From Planctomycetota bacterium (GTDB lineage Bacteria; Planctomycetota; UBA8742; UBA2392), in contig JAJVIO010000034.1 of assembly GCA_022071975.1 (NCBI GenBank), forward strand, positions 5,853-69,852: a stretch of 64,000 bases of DNA, read 5' to 3'. Shown here piece after piece: positions 43,861 to 52,560 of the stretch. The position numbers were made by a program, and so were the translations under genes. The notes under the pieces are model-generated. The model was not told the DNA's origin, ran no database searches, and saw only the letters and a program-made list of their open reading frames with translations. Every line of letters starts with the position of its first letter. Positions within the stretch are counted from its first letter, which is position 1.

Positions 43861-44001
43861 TCCGATACAACGGGACCGACCCCGCGCCGCAAGGCTAGCG
43901 CGTACTAACCGCGGATCGCGCAGCGACTGCCTTGGGACTGGACGGGCAGGTGTCGTTGGTATACTCGTTGGCATGGCCAACAGGCCGCTGCGGACGTTCG
44001 C

Positions 44002-45621
44002 ATGGCACTGAGCGAGCTGGACGAACAGAAATACGCGCTCATCGAGCAGCGCCTCGGCGAAGCCGAGAGCGCCCGCACCCAGATAGACTGGTCCCTCTGG
44101 ACACCCCGCGTGATCGGCGCGCTGGTGTTCTCGCTGCTGCTGCTCGGCGTCGTCCTGGCGCCCTACGAAAACCTGGAACCGCAGCGCATCGTTGGGCTTT
44201 CCCTGCTGGTGTTCAGCTTCGTCGCGCTTTACGGCGTTTACCTTGCGCGCTTCCGGCCCGAGCTGTTCAAGGAGCGACGCAAACAGATGTTCTTCGGCTC
44301 CAGCGTGCTGCTTTCCTGCGCGCTGATGCAGTCCGTCACCCTGGTCGGCGCTGAGCAGGCCCCGGCCGCCCTGCAGTCCGCGCTCAGCCCGGCCGTGATC
44401 TTCGGCCTGCTGCTGCTGTGCGGCATCAGCTACGCCGTGGTGTTCGACCAGCGTTTCGCTCTTGACGGGCTGATGCTGGCGGCGCTGTCCATGGGGCTGG
44501 TGCTGTTTTCCGCCGACGAGTTCATGCCCGTACGCCTGACCGTGGCTACGGCGGGCGCGCTCACGGCTGTGCTGTTCACGCGCAACCTGCGCTCGCGCTA
44601 CAAGCTTGCGATGGTGGGTGTGGTGGGCGGCGCTGCCGCGGCCTCGATCATCGTGGCGTTGACGCTGCTGGGCGCGCAAGACGCCTGGCCGGCCAACGAG
44701 CTGAATGAGCCGCTGCGCCTGGTGCTGTGGGTCGCAGGCGCGCTGGTGATCGGCGCCGCGGTCGGCGTGTTCAGTACCTTCCTGCTGCCCGTGTTTGAAC
44801 GCGCCTTCCAGATCACCACCGACCTGCGGCTGATCGAGCTGCTGGAAGGCGAGCACCCGCTGATCACTCTGATGCAGCAGCGCGCCCCCGGCACCTGGCA
44901 GCACACCCAGAACGTCGCCAACTTCACCAAGCGCGCCTGCGAGGCCATCGGCGCCAACGCCCTGCTGGGCGAAGTCGGCGTCAAGTTCCATGACCTCGGC
45001 AAGATGGTGCGGCCGGAGTTTTTCACCGAAAACGAGCCGGAGAGCAAGCTTCTTCACGACCGGCTGAGCCCGATGATGAGCGCGCTGATCATACTCAGCC
45101 ACGTAAGCGACGGCGTGCTGATGGCGCGCAAGGCCAAGCTGCCTTCGGTGCTTGAGGACTTCATCACCGGCCACCACGGCACCAGCATCATCAAGTACTT
45201 CTATTTCAAGGCCAAGGAACAGGCCAAGGACGGCGAGCGGATTGAGATGGACCAGTTCCGCTACCCGGGGCCGAAGCCCCAGAGCAAGGAATCCGCCATC
45301 GCGGCGATCGCCGACCAGGTGGAGGCCACGGCGCGCTCGCGCTTCGCGGGCGGCGTCAGCCACCCGGACGACATCCGCAACATGGTGCACCAGGCGATCA
45401 TCGACAAGCTGCTGGACGGCCAGTTCGACGAATGCGCGATCACCATCAGCGAGTGGAAGGTGGTGGAAGACAGCCTGGTGAAGAGCCTGGCCAGCATGTA
45501 CCACCACCGGGTCAAGTACCCCGACGACCCGGACAAGGACAAGCGCAAGGCCGCCATCGAGGCCCGCGAAAAGTACCGCAACGAACTCGCCAAGCGCCGC
45601 GAACGCATCCTCACCCAGTAG
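44002..45621 (+). CDS. 7TM-HD (HDIG) membrane phosphohydrolase, PgpH/YqfF-like
   Basis: Seven TM helices, then QHTQNVANF...KFHDLGK...GHHGTS. Confidence 0.85.
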   Translation: MALSELDEQKYALIEQRLGEAESARTQIDWSLWTPRVIGALVFSLLLLGVVLAPYENLEPQRIVGLSLLVFSFVALYGVYLARFRPELFKERRKQMFFGSSVLLSCALMQSVTLVGAEQAPAALQSALSPAVIFGLLLLCGISYAVVFDQRFALDGLMLAALSMGLVLFSADEFMPVRLTVATAGALTAVLFTRNLRSRYKLAMVGVVGGAAAASIIVALTLLGAQDAWPANELNEPLRLVLWVAGALVIGAAVGVFSTFLLPVFERAFQITTDLRLIELLEGEHPLITLMQQRAPGTWQHTQNVANFTKRACEAIGANALLGEVGVKFHDLGKMVRPEFFTENEPESKLLHDRLSPMMSALIILSHVSDGVLMARKAKLPSVLEDFITGHHGTSIIKYFYFKAKEQAKDGERIEMDQFRYPGPKPQSKESAIAAIADQVEATARSRFAGGVSHPDDIRNMVHQAIIDKLLDGQFDECAITISEWKVVEDSLVKSLASMYHHRVKYPDDPDKDKRKAAIEAREKYRNELAKRRERILTQ

Positions 45622-45650
45622 GGGCGGCCCCGTGTGGCCGCCCGGGTTTC
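45622..45650 (+). terminator. GC hairpin after the HD gene
   Basis: gggcggcc-ccgtgt-ggccgccc followed by gggtttcc. The T-tract is weak. Confidence 0.5.
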
Positions 45651-45824
45651 CGCTCTCTGCGCCCTCTGCGCGAGGCTGCAGTTGCCTTTGTGGCTGCGCA
45701 GAAGCGCAAGGCTTCTCTTGGCTGCTTGGCGACGTGGGGCAAGGCCGGCTGATATCATGAACGCCTGTCGTCCCCGGGAACGGGGACAGTCCCCTGCGGG
45801 GACAGTCCCCATGAGGAACCTGCC

Positions 45825-46421
45825 ATGAAACTTCGCATGCTGTCGGCCGTGATCGCCCTTGGCCTGTTGTCGTTCGTCGCCGTGCTGGCCCAGGATGCGC
45901 CCACAGAGCCCGCGCCGGAGCCCGAAAAGAAGGTGGTGCTGGTGGAAAGCGCCGAGAACCTGCTGAGCCAGGAAATCTGGGGCAAGTGGGACACGAACAA
46001 GAACTTCACGAAGTTCGTGCAGGACGGCTCGCCCAAGGAGGACTTCGGCAAGGTCGAGTTCACGCGCGACGAGGCCGCCACCACGCGCATGGTGGCTGCA
46101 TTGGAAAAGCTGGTCACCAAGCTGGCCGAGCGCGGCACGCCCAACGACCTTGAGTTCAAGCGCGGCGTCAAAGCCGTCTACGCAACCGGCAAGATGCACC
46201 TCGAGCGCGGCAAGGACAGTTTCGACGCCGATTTTGCACTGATCACCATGTTCGGCGAACAGTTGCTGATCCTGCGCTCAGGCAAGGAAGACAAGCCGAG
46301 CTGGGAAACCAACCGGGTCAGCTTCGTGCGCCACGCCGAAGGCGACCACGACCTGCTGTTCATCGGCACGGACACCAAGGAAGGCAAGTTCACCGCATTG
46401 AACCGCGACGGCGTAAAGTAG
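45825..46421 (+). CDS. hypothetical secreted protein
   Basis: Signal peptide MKLRMLSAVIALGLLSFVAVLAQDAP. The TAG stop lies inside a REP GTAGGG. Confidence 0.6.
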   Translation: MKLRMLSAVIALGLLSFVAVLAQDAPTEPAPEPEKKVVLVESAENLLSQEIWGKWDTNKNFTKFVQDGSPKEDFGKVEFTRDEAATTRMVAALEKLVTKLAERGTPNDLEFKRGVKAVYATGKMHLERGKDSFDADFALITMFGEQLLILRSGKEDKPSWETNRVSFVRHAEGDHDLLFIGTDTKEGKFTALNRDGVK

Positions 46422-46481
46422 GGCCACGCTGCCGCGTGTCCCTACGGCGGCGTCTCCAGTCGAACGCTGCCGCGTGTCCCC
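46418..46481. repeat. REP copy (inverted orientation) plus half copy
   Basis: gtagggccacgctgccgcgtgtccctac at 46418-46445. cgaacgctgccgcgtgtcccc at 46461-46481. Confidence 0.75.
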
Positions 46482-46488
46482 CTGGGTG

Positions 46489-47088
46489 TTACACGTCGAA
46501 CGCGGTCGAGTACACCTGGTCGAACACCTGCAGGTAGGCGTCCACGTCCACCTTGGGATCCAAGTAGGCCTGCTGCACCAGCCCCTGCACGATCGCCACC
46601 AGGAAGCGCGCCGCGGCCTCGGGCTGAAGTTTGGAGTTCAGCCGCCCGCTGGCCTGGCGCTCGGAGATCAGCTCCGTGAGCTGGTTCACCAGCACCCGGT
46701 AGCTCTTGCGCAGGATCTCGCGCACGTCCTTGTTGTGGCGCGACTCCGACATCAGGTCGTAGTCGAGACTGTAGGCCTGCAGGTTCTTGCGCTCGCGCAG
46801 CTCTTCAAGAAAGTGCCGCACGATGCTGTGCACCGGGCGGTCCGGGTTCTTCAGCGCCGCCTTGGTGATCTCTTCCGCGTTGCGCTTGCGCGAACGCGTG
46901 GCAATCGCGCACACCAGCTCGTCCTTGCTGGGATAATAGCTGTAGCACGCCCCCGCGCTCAGCTCGGCCGCGCCGCAGATGTCGTTCATGCTGGCGCGGC
47001 CGTAGCCTTTCTTCAGGAACACTTCGACGGCCGCGTCAACGATCTGCTGACGCCGTTGCTCCTGGTGCTCGGGGCTGACTTTGGGCAT
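46489..47088 (-). CDS. TetR/AcrR-family transcriptional regulator
   Basis: RRQQIVDAAVEVFLKKGYGRASMNDICGAAELSAGACYSYYPSKDELV. Confidence 0.9.
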   Translation of the reverse strand: MPKVSPEHQEQRRQQIVDAAVEVFLKKGYGRASMNDICGAAELSAGACYSYYPSKDELVCAIATRSRKRNAEEITKAALKNPDRPVHSIVRHFLEELRERKNLQAYSLDYDLMSESRHNKDVREILRKSYRVLVNQLTELISERQASGRLNSKLQPEAAARFLVAIVQGLVQQAYLDPKVDVDAYLQVFDQVYSTAFDV

Positions 47089-47332
47089 GTCCTGCCTCCT
47101 GGCGCGCGGCGTTGCCGCGGGCTTCGGGTTTCTGCGTGGCCTCGCCCACCGCGGCGATTACGGCCGTGGCGGCAAATGCCATCACCAGGATGAACGAGGC
47201 GACGCGCAACGCGTCTCCCAGCAGGACGCCCCGTATCGCGCCGCGCTTGAATTCGCGGGCGGATACGGGTTTGTCATGTGCCGGCGCCTCGAGGTGCCTG
47301 GCGGAATGGTGATATTCAACGAAGTTTAACAT
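47036..47332 (-). CDS. hypothetical single-TM protein upstream of tetR (overlaps it by 53 nt)
   Basis: MLNFVEYHH... with TM helix VASFILVMAFAATAVIAAV. The call is weak. Confidence 0.35.
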   Translation of the reverse strand: MLNFVEYHHSARHLEAPAHDKPVSAREFKRGAIRGVLLGDALRVASFILVMAFAATAVIAAVGEATQKPEARGNAARQEAGHAQSQPRAPGATASADR

Positions 47333-47352
47333 GTCTCGGTCTCTCATCCATA

Positions 47353-47398
47353 AAAAACGAACGCTCACTCGTTTTTATAAACGAACGGTTATTCGTTT
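47353..47398. promoter_or_regulatory. two tandem AAACGA-N-TCGTTT palindromes, candidate TetR operators
   Basis: aaaaacga-acgctcac-tcgttttt at 47353-47376 and aaacgaa-cggtta-ttcgttt at 47379-47398. They lie 20-65 nt upstream of the minus-strand operon start. Confidence 0.5.
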
Positions 47399-47457
47399 TT
47401 GTTTCAGGATGCTTCAGACCGGAAAGATTTTTTTTCTGACAGAACGGACGGGAGTGG

Positions 47458-47574
47458 CATGCGCATCTTGCGCATGGGTAGCGGCGGCCTCTGGCCGCCG
47501 ATGGCGCGTGCTGGAAGCACGCGGAACTCATTCGCTGGAAGCGAATGCCACTACTCACGGCCTGGAAGGCCGTG
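47458..47574. repeat. array of five hairpins, three with unrelated 7-bp stems but identical TGGAA loops
   Basis: catgcgca-tct-tgcgcatg. cggcggcc-tct-ggccgccg. cgcgtgc-tggaa-gcacgcg (47505-23). cattcgc-tggaa-gcgaatg (47529-47). cacggcc-tggaa-ggccgtg (47556-74). Confidence 0.8.
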
Positions 47575-48450
47575 CTACGCCGCTTTAATTACCGGGATGC
47601 CGGCGGCGTCCTTTACCTCGGCGAGTTTCATCACTTCGGCCAGGTACTCGTCGTGCAGGTAGGTGTGCGTGAGGCGTTTCTTGCCGAACCAGCGCCAGAA
47701 CGCCAGCTTGCGCAGGCTCTTGCGCGCCACCGCCCCCACGATCAGCCGGAAGCTTTCGAAACGGCCGTAGTCGGCCAGGGGCTTGGCGGTCATGCCCATG
47801 CGCTGCAGGCGCAGGTCGGTGGTCTGGATGATCCTGGCCAGGTACTCGGGAATCTGGCGCATCACGGGGTGGTCCTGGTCCACGCGTTTGGCGATCCACT
47901 TCTCGAAACGCTTCACCACCCACAGGCTCAGCAGGTGCAGGCCCAGCAGCCGCCTGCGCAGCCTCGGGTTGCGCGCCAGCGCCTTCATGGTCTGCTGCTC
48001 GCCGAAATCGACGTGGCTTTCCTCCTGGCGCGCGGCCGCGTCCATGCGCTTGGCCAGCTTCTCGTCGTCGATGCAGTTGATGATGGCGTAGAAGATCATC
48101 AGCACGAAACCCTCGCCCTGGGCCATTTCCAGGGCGCAGTGTTCATGCCAGTCGTCGCTTTCGCTGCTGAGGAACTTCACCACCGGGTGGACCTTCACGG
48201 GGCGCGCGCCGAGCCACTTGAAGAACTCCATGAACACGTCCACGTGCTGCAACTCCTCGATGCACTGGCGAGCCAGGAACTTGGCGGATTCGACGTCCGG
48301 CGCGTGCAGTATCCAGTGGCCGACCTGGATGCCGGTGACCTCGCCATAGAGGAACTGGCTGGCGATCCAGGCCAGCAGGTCGCGGTCCTTGACGCGGTCA
48401 AACTTCGCGCCCTTGAAGTCGAAAGCCATTTCTTCACGGCTCAGCAGCAT
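47575..48450 (-). CDS. ferritin-like di-iron carboxylate superfamily protein
   Basis: Two E...ExxH motifs (YGEVTG...CIEELQH and ...ARQEESH). All-helical. Confidence 0.7.
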   Translation of the reverse strand: MLLSREEMAFDFKGAKFDRVKDRDLLAWIASQFLYGEVTGIQVGHWILHAPDVESAKFLARQCIEELQHVDVFMEFFKWLGARPVKVHPVVKFLSSESDDWHEHCALEMAQGEGFVLMIFYAIINCIDDEKLAKRMDAAARQEESHVDFGEQQTMKALARNPRLRRRLLGLHLLSLWVVKRFEKWIAKRVDQDHPVMRQIPEYLARIIQTTDLRLQRMGMTAKPLADYGRFESFRLIVGAVARKSLRKLAFWRWFGKKRLTHTYLHDEYLAEVMKLAEVKDAAGIPVIKAA

Positions 48451-48498
48451 GTGACATCTCCTGCATTCACTGTACCCAGCCTGCCGGAACGCGAAAGC

Positions 48499-49467
48499 CT
48501 ATTCCCGGGCCCATGACAGCATCAGCCAGGCGCCGCCGTTGGGGTAGATTTCGAACTCCTTGAAGCCGGAGGGGAACAGCACTGTGTCGCCGGCCTTCAG
48601 TCTTGCGGGCTGCAGGTTGTCGCGCTCGCGCCCGGCCAGCTCGCAGGCGCCCTGCAGGCAGGTGAACAGGCTGAAGCCGGGCCAGTCTTTCTCGAGCAGC
48701 CGCCCCTTCTTGACGCGTAAAGAGCGCACGCCGAAGGGCCCGTCCGGCTGCAACAGCAGGTCGTCGCCCGCGGTCTCCAGTATCGGCGGCGGCTGCAGGT
48801 CAAAGCGCGCGGCCGCAAGCCCCGCCTGCACGTGCTTTTCGCGCGGCTTGTCGCGTGGGAAGTCCCACAGCCGGAACGTTGTCGCGCAGTTCTGCTGCAC
48901 TTCCAGCAGCGCCAGTCCGCCCCCCACCGCGTGCACCATGCCTGCTTCATTATAGATGTAGTCGCCGGCTTTCACCGGCCGCGCGTTCAGCAGCGCGGGT
49001 GGGTCGCCGCCCTGCAGGGCCTGCTGAAACTGCTGCGGCGTGACGCCCGACTTCAGGCCCTGGTAGATCACGGCATCCGGCGCCGCGTCCAGCACGATCC
49101 AGCACTCGGACTTGCCGCGCCTCACCAGGCGCTCGTTCTCGCGCTCGTCGCTTGGGTGGTCCTGGATGCTGAGAGGCTGCGCGGTGTCGAGCAGCTTTAC
49201 GGCCAGGGGGAAATCCGGCAGCTCGTTGCCATCCGCCAGCTCACCCAGAAGCTCGGCGCGGTGGCTGCCCATCACTTCGTGGAGGGTCTTGCCGCGCCAC
49301 ACACCGTTGGCCACCACGCTGCACTGGCCGGGCAGGTCCGCCAGCTCGATCGATTCGCCGGTGCCGGGCGGCAGCTCGTCCGCCAGCTCGGGGTACAGGC
49401 GGGCAAGGCGTGTGTCGGCCCAGGGCTTGCGCACGGCGATGCGGTAGAAGCGCAGGGGGTAGCTCAT
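48499..49467 (-). CDS. manA: type I phosphomannose isomerase (cupin)
   Basis: LSIQDHPSD and EAGMVHAVGGG motifs. 322 aa. Confidence 0.8.
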   Translation of the reverse strand: MSYPLRFYRIAVRKPWADTRLARLYPELADELPPGTGESIELADLPGQCSVVANGVWRGKTLHEVMGSHRAELLGELADGNELPDFPLAVKLLDTAQPLSIQDHPSDERENERLVRRGKSECWIVLDAAPDAVIYQGLKSGVTPQQFQQALQGGDPPALLNARPVKAGDYIYNEAGMVHAVGGGLALLEVQQNCATTFRLWDFPRDKPREKHVQAGLAAARFDLQPPPILETAGDDLLLQPDGPFGVRSLRVKKGRLLEKDWPGFSLFTCLQGACELAGRERDNLQPARLKAGDTVLFPSGFKEFEIYPNGGAWLMLSWARE

Positions 49468-49525
49468 GTCCTCAAGTTAGCGTTCCCCGTATGGCAAGGC
49501 AAAGCGCACTCGCTAAGGTGTAGGC

Positions 49526-50152
49526 GTGACGACGCCCGAACCCAAACCGGTGTCCGAAGTCCCGCTGGTCTCAAGCCAGCCGGCGCCGCGCAGCGGCAAC
49601 AACCTGCTGCTGCTGTTCATGCTGGGCTGCCTGGTGGCGGTGGCTGGCGGCGCAACCTGGATCTGGCTCGACTCCAACCGGCCCAAGCATGACCCCCACG
49701 TCACCCAATGGCCGCGCGAAGGCCACCCCGGCGAGTTCGACTTCGGCGAGGCGCGCGGAGATTACAAGGCCGCGCAGGCCCGCATGCAGAAGCTGGCAGA
49801 CGCGCTGCTCGCCTACCGTGAGGGTCCCATGGGAGGCGGTGTGCGCTGGCCCTCGAGCTTTGAGGAACTGCAGATGGCGGGTTTAGTGGAGCAGGACTTC
49901 GACTTTACAGGCCTGCTTTCCGGCAAGCCGATCGCCTTCCAGCCGGAAATGCCGATCGGCCACGACCCGGAGCGCTGGGTACTGTGCCACGACATCGAGA
50001 TCGGCTGGCGCCGCCAGCAGGGCACAGGCTACGCCATGAAAGGCCCGCGCGCGGCCGTGGTGATGCTGGCGGACGGCACGGTCAAGCTGCTGGAAGGCGA
50101 CGAGCTGGAGCTCTATGGCGGGCTGAATCAGCAGGTGGGCGCGGGGCGATAG
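49526..50152 (+). CDS. hypothetical protein with N-terminal TM anchor
   Basis: [27 protein letters not shown] start. Confidence 0.55.
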   Translation: MTTPEPKPVSEVPLVSSQPAPRSGNNLLLLFMLGCLVAVAGGATWIWLDSNRPKHDPHVTQWPREGHPGEFDFGEARGDYKAAQARMQKLADALLAYREGPMGGGVRWPSSFEELQMAGLVEQDFDFTGLLSGKPIAFQPEMPIGHDPERWVLCHDIEIGWRRQQGTGYAMKGPRAAVVMLADGTVKLLEGDELELYGGLNQQVGAGR

Positions 50153-50154
50153 GC

Positions 50155-50355
50155 ATGAAGATCACCGTGAACGGCACCGAGCGCGAAGTGGCGGAAGGCA
50201 CCACGATCGCTCAGTTGATCGAGCAGTTGAAGCTGCGCACGGACCGCATCGCCACGGAGCGCAACCTTGATGTGGTGCCCAAGGCCAAGTACGCGGAAAC
50301 GCGCCTGGCGGATGGGGACAAGCTGGAGATCGTTACCTTTGTAGGCGGCGGATAG
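50155..50355 (+). CDS. thiS: sulfur carrier protein ThiS
   Basis: [12 protein letters not shown]...[13 protein letters not shown] with the C-terminal GG. 66 aa. Confidence 0.9.
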   Translation: MKITVNGTEREVAEGTTIAQLIEQLKLRTDRIATERNLDVVPKAKYAETRLADGDKLEIVTFVGGG

Positions 50356-50360
50356 GCGGA

Positions 50361-50465
50361 CAACAGCAAATGAACAATAACCAATTACCAATTTTCAATG
50401 AGCTGCCCCGGTCGCGGGCGCCAATTGGAAATTGGTTATTGGTTATTGGTAATTCGCTGTTCGAA
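50361..50465. repeat. heptamer arrays in dyad symmetry (CAATNNN x4-6 ... ATTGGNN x4) around a GC core
   Basis: Left arm: caacagc aaatgaa caataac caattac caatttt caatgag. Core: ctgccccggtcgcgggcgcc. Right arm: attggaa attggtt attggtt attggta attcgct gttcgaa. Confidence 0.85.
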
Positions 50466-50482
50466 CTGGATTGGAATCGCGA

Positions 50483-51316
50483 ATGACCGTGACGGCATCC
50501 GAACTCGATACTCCGCTGATCGTCGGCGACTACACGTTCTCCTCGCGCCTGCTGGTCGGCACCGGCAAGTACGCCTCCTTCCAGCTCATGCGCGACTGCC
50601 TGGCCGCCAGCGGCACCGAGTGCGTCACCGTGGCCGTGCGTCGCGTGAAGCTGGACGGCCCCAAAGAAGAGAACCTGCTCAGCTACATCGACGAATCGAA
50701 GTACAAAATCCTGCCCAACACGGCCGGCTGCTTCACGGCCGAGGATGCGATCCGCACCGCGCACCTTTCGCGCGAGGCGCTGAACACCCCGCTTGTGAAG
50801 CTGGAGGTGCTGGCGGACCCCAAGACCCTGCTGCCCGAGCCGGTCGGCACGCTGGAGGCCTGCGCGCGTCTGGTGAAAGAAGGCTTTACCGTGCTGGTCT
50901 ACACCAGCGACGACCCGGTGATGGCGCGTAGACTGGCGGACCTGGGCGTGGCCAGCGTGATGCCCGCGGGCTCGCCCATCGGCAGCGGGCAGGGCGTGTT
51001 GAACCCGAACAACATCCGCATCATCCTCGAGACCGTGCGCGAGCAGTACAAGCTGCCGATCATCGTGGACGCGGGCGTGGGCACGGCCAGCGACGTCACC
51101 ATCGCCATGGAACTGGGCGCCGACGGCGTGCTGCTGAACACCGGCATCGCCCATGCGCAGGACCCGCTGCGCATGGCGGTCGCCATGAAAGCCGGCATTG
51201 AGGCCGGGCGCCTGGCCTACCTGGCCGGCCGCATCCCGCGCAAGCTGTACGCCAACGCAAGCAGCCCCATGGAAGGCCGCATTGCCAGCGTCAAGGAAGG
51301 GATTCCCGGCGAGTAG
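50483..51316 (+). CDS. thiG: thiazole synthase ThiG
   Basis: [27 protein letters not shown] and VDAG.G. An alternative TTG start at 50471 is possible. Confidence 0.95.
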   Translation: MTVTASELDTPLIVGDYTFSSRLLVGTGKYASFQLMRDCLAASGTECVTVAVRRVKLDGPKEENLLSYIDESKYKILPNTAGCFTAEDAIRTAHLSREALNTPLVKLEVLADPKTLLPEPVGTLEACARLVKEGFTVLVYTSDDPVMARRLADLGVASVMPAGSPIGSGQGVLNPNNIRIILETVREQYKLPIIVDAGVGTASDVTIAMELGADGVLLNTGIAHAQDPLRMAVAMKAGIEAGRLAYLAGRIPRKLYANASSPMEGRIASVKEGIPGE

Positions 51317-51324
51317 CGGGTAAG

Positions 51325-51735
51325 TTACTTCCAGGGGTCATAGGTCCCGAAGTTCCACAGGTGGCCTTCCGGGTCGAGGCAGGAGTAGCCGCGGCCGCCG
51401 TAATCTTCGTCCGTCAGCGGGTAGACCACCCGGGCGCCGGCTTTCATGGCCCGGTCGTGGTGGGCGTCGGCGTCTTTCACAATGATGTAGACGCTCTGCG
51501 TGCCTACTCCGCCCGCCTTTTCCGGGGTGGACTGCAGCTTGCCGAAGGCGTCGTCGCGAACGGTGCCCAGCATGATCATGGAGTTGCCGAAGCGCAGTTG
51601 GGCGTGTGCGATGGTGTCGTCGTCACCGGGCACGACCAGCTGCTTTTCAAATCCAAATGCCCGGCACAGCCACTCGATCGCCTGATTGGCGTCCCTGTAG
51701 CGCAGTGTGGGGATAATCACGGCTCCGTTGCTCAT
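51325..51735 (-). CDS. VOC/glyoxalase-family protein (PhnB-like)
   Basis: PTLRYRDANQAIEWLCRAFGF...DPEGHLWNFGTYDPW. Confidence 0.9.
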   Translation of the reverse strand: MSNGAVIIPTLRYRDANQAIEWLCRAFGFEKQLVVPGDDDTIAHAQLRFGNSMIMLGTVRDDAFGKLQSTPEKAGGVGTQSVYIIVKDADAHHDRAMKAGARVVYPLTDEDYGGRGYSCLDPEGHLWNFGTYDPWK

Positions 51736-51855
51736 GGATTCTCCTCAGGCATTTTGTTTATGGCAGGCCTTTTACACCCCAGACGACAGGAAAGCTCGGG
51801 GCTTGCTACAATAGCCGCGGGTGTCTTCTCCGCCCCTACATCAGGAGAGACGGCC

Positions 51856-52260
51856 ATGACTGAGCGTAAACCGTGGGGCATGCCGCAGGAAGACTGGGTG
51901 GACAAGCTGATCCGCGATGCCCAGGAACGCGGCGAATTCGACAACCTGCCCAAGGGTAAAGAGATCAAGGGGCTCGACCGCCCCTGGTCCCTCGACGACT
52001 GGGCGCGCGAGAAGATCAAGAGCGAAGGCGTCAGCATCCTGCCGCCCGGACTGCAACTACGCCGCGACGTGGAACGCGAGCTGGAAGAGATCATGCAGCT
52101 CGCGCTGGAAGAAGGCGTGCGCCGCGCGGTCGCGACGCTGAACGAACACATCCGGGACACCAACCGGCGCATCATGGAAGGACCGCAATCGATGGTGCGG
52201 CCCTTGAACGTGGATGAAGTCGTGTGCCGGTGGAAAGCGCGCAAGGCGCAATCAGGCTGA
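51856..52260 (+). CDS. DnaJ-like DUF1992 domain protein
   Basis: WVDKLIRDAQERGEFDNLPGKGK-like motif (observed as GEFDNLPKGKEIK). AGGAGAGA SD. Confidence 0.8.
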   Translation: MTERKPWGMPQEDWVDKLIRDAQERGEFDNLPKGKEIKGLDRPWSLDDWAREKIKSEGVSILPPGLQLRRDVERELEEIMQLALEEGVRRAVATLNEHIRDTNRRIMEGPQSMVRPLNVDEVVCRWKARKAQSG

Positions 52261-52560
52261 CGGCGCGGATGCGCTTCGACGCTGATCACGCACGGCCGCG
52301 AGCTCGTGCTTGACCCGGCGCTCCATCAGTTCAAGCACCACGATCACCGCCAGGAAGTTCAGCGCTACATAAGCCGACGCCTGCGCGCTCCAGAGCAATG
52401 CGCCTACGGCAGGTATGGCGAAAATGGCCACCGCGCCCATCAGGTTGATAACCAGTTTGAAACCACGCAGGCTTTCCAGCAGCCGCTGCTCCTGTGCGCT
52501 CGACTTGGCCTGAACCAGCAGGCGCTGCGCATTTCGGCCGCTTTCAACGTAAGCGATCAT
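52252..52560 (-). CDS. hypothetical membrane protein
   Basis: Two TM helices. Overlaps the upstream ORF by 17 nt. Confidence 0.5.
   Translation of the reverse strand: MIAYVESGRNAQRLLVQAKSSAQEQRLLESLRGFKLVINLMGAVAIFAIPAVGALLWSAQASAYVALNFLAVIVVLELMERRVKHELAAVRDQRRSASAPSA

Noticed and set aside
43822-45507. 561-aa minus-strand ORF
   Set aside because: Antisense shadow of the MarR and 7TM-HD genes.
49468-50154. TPP riboswitch upstream of thiS/thiG
   Set aside because: thiS starts 2 nt after an upstream ORF, and the 59-nt region before that ORF lacks a recognisable THI-box (CUGAGA...ACCUGA).
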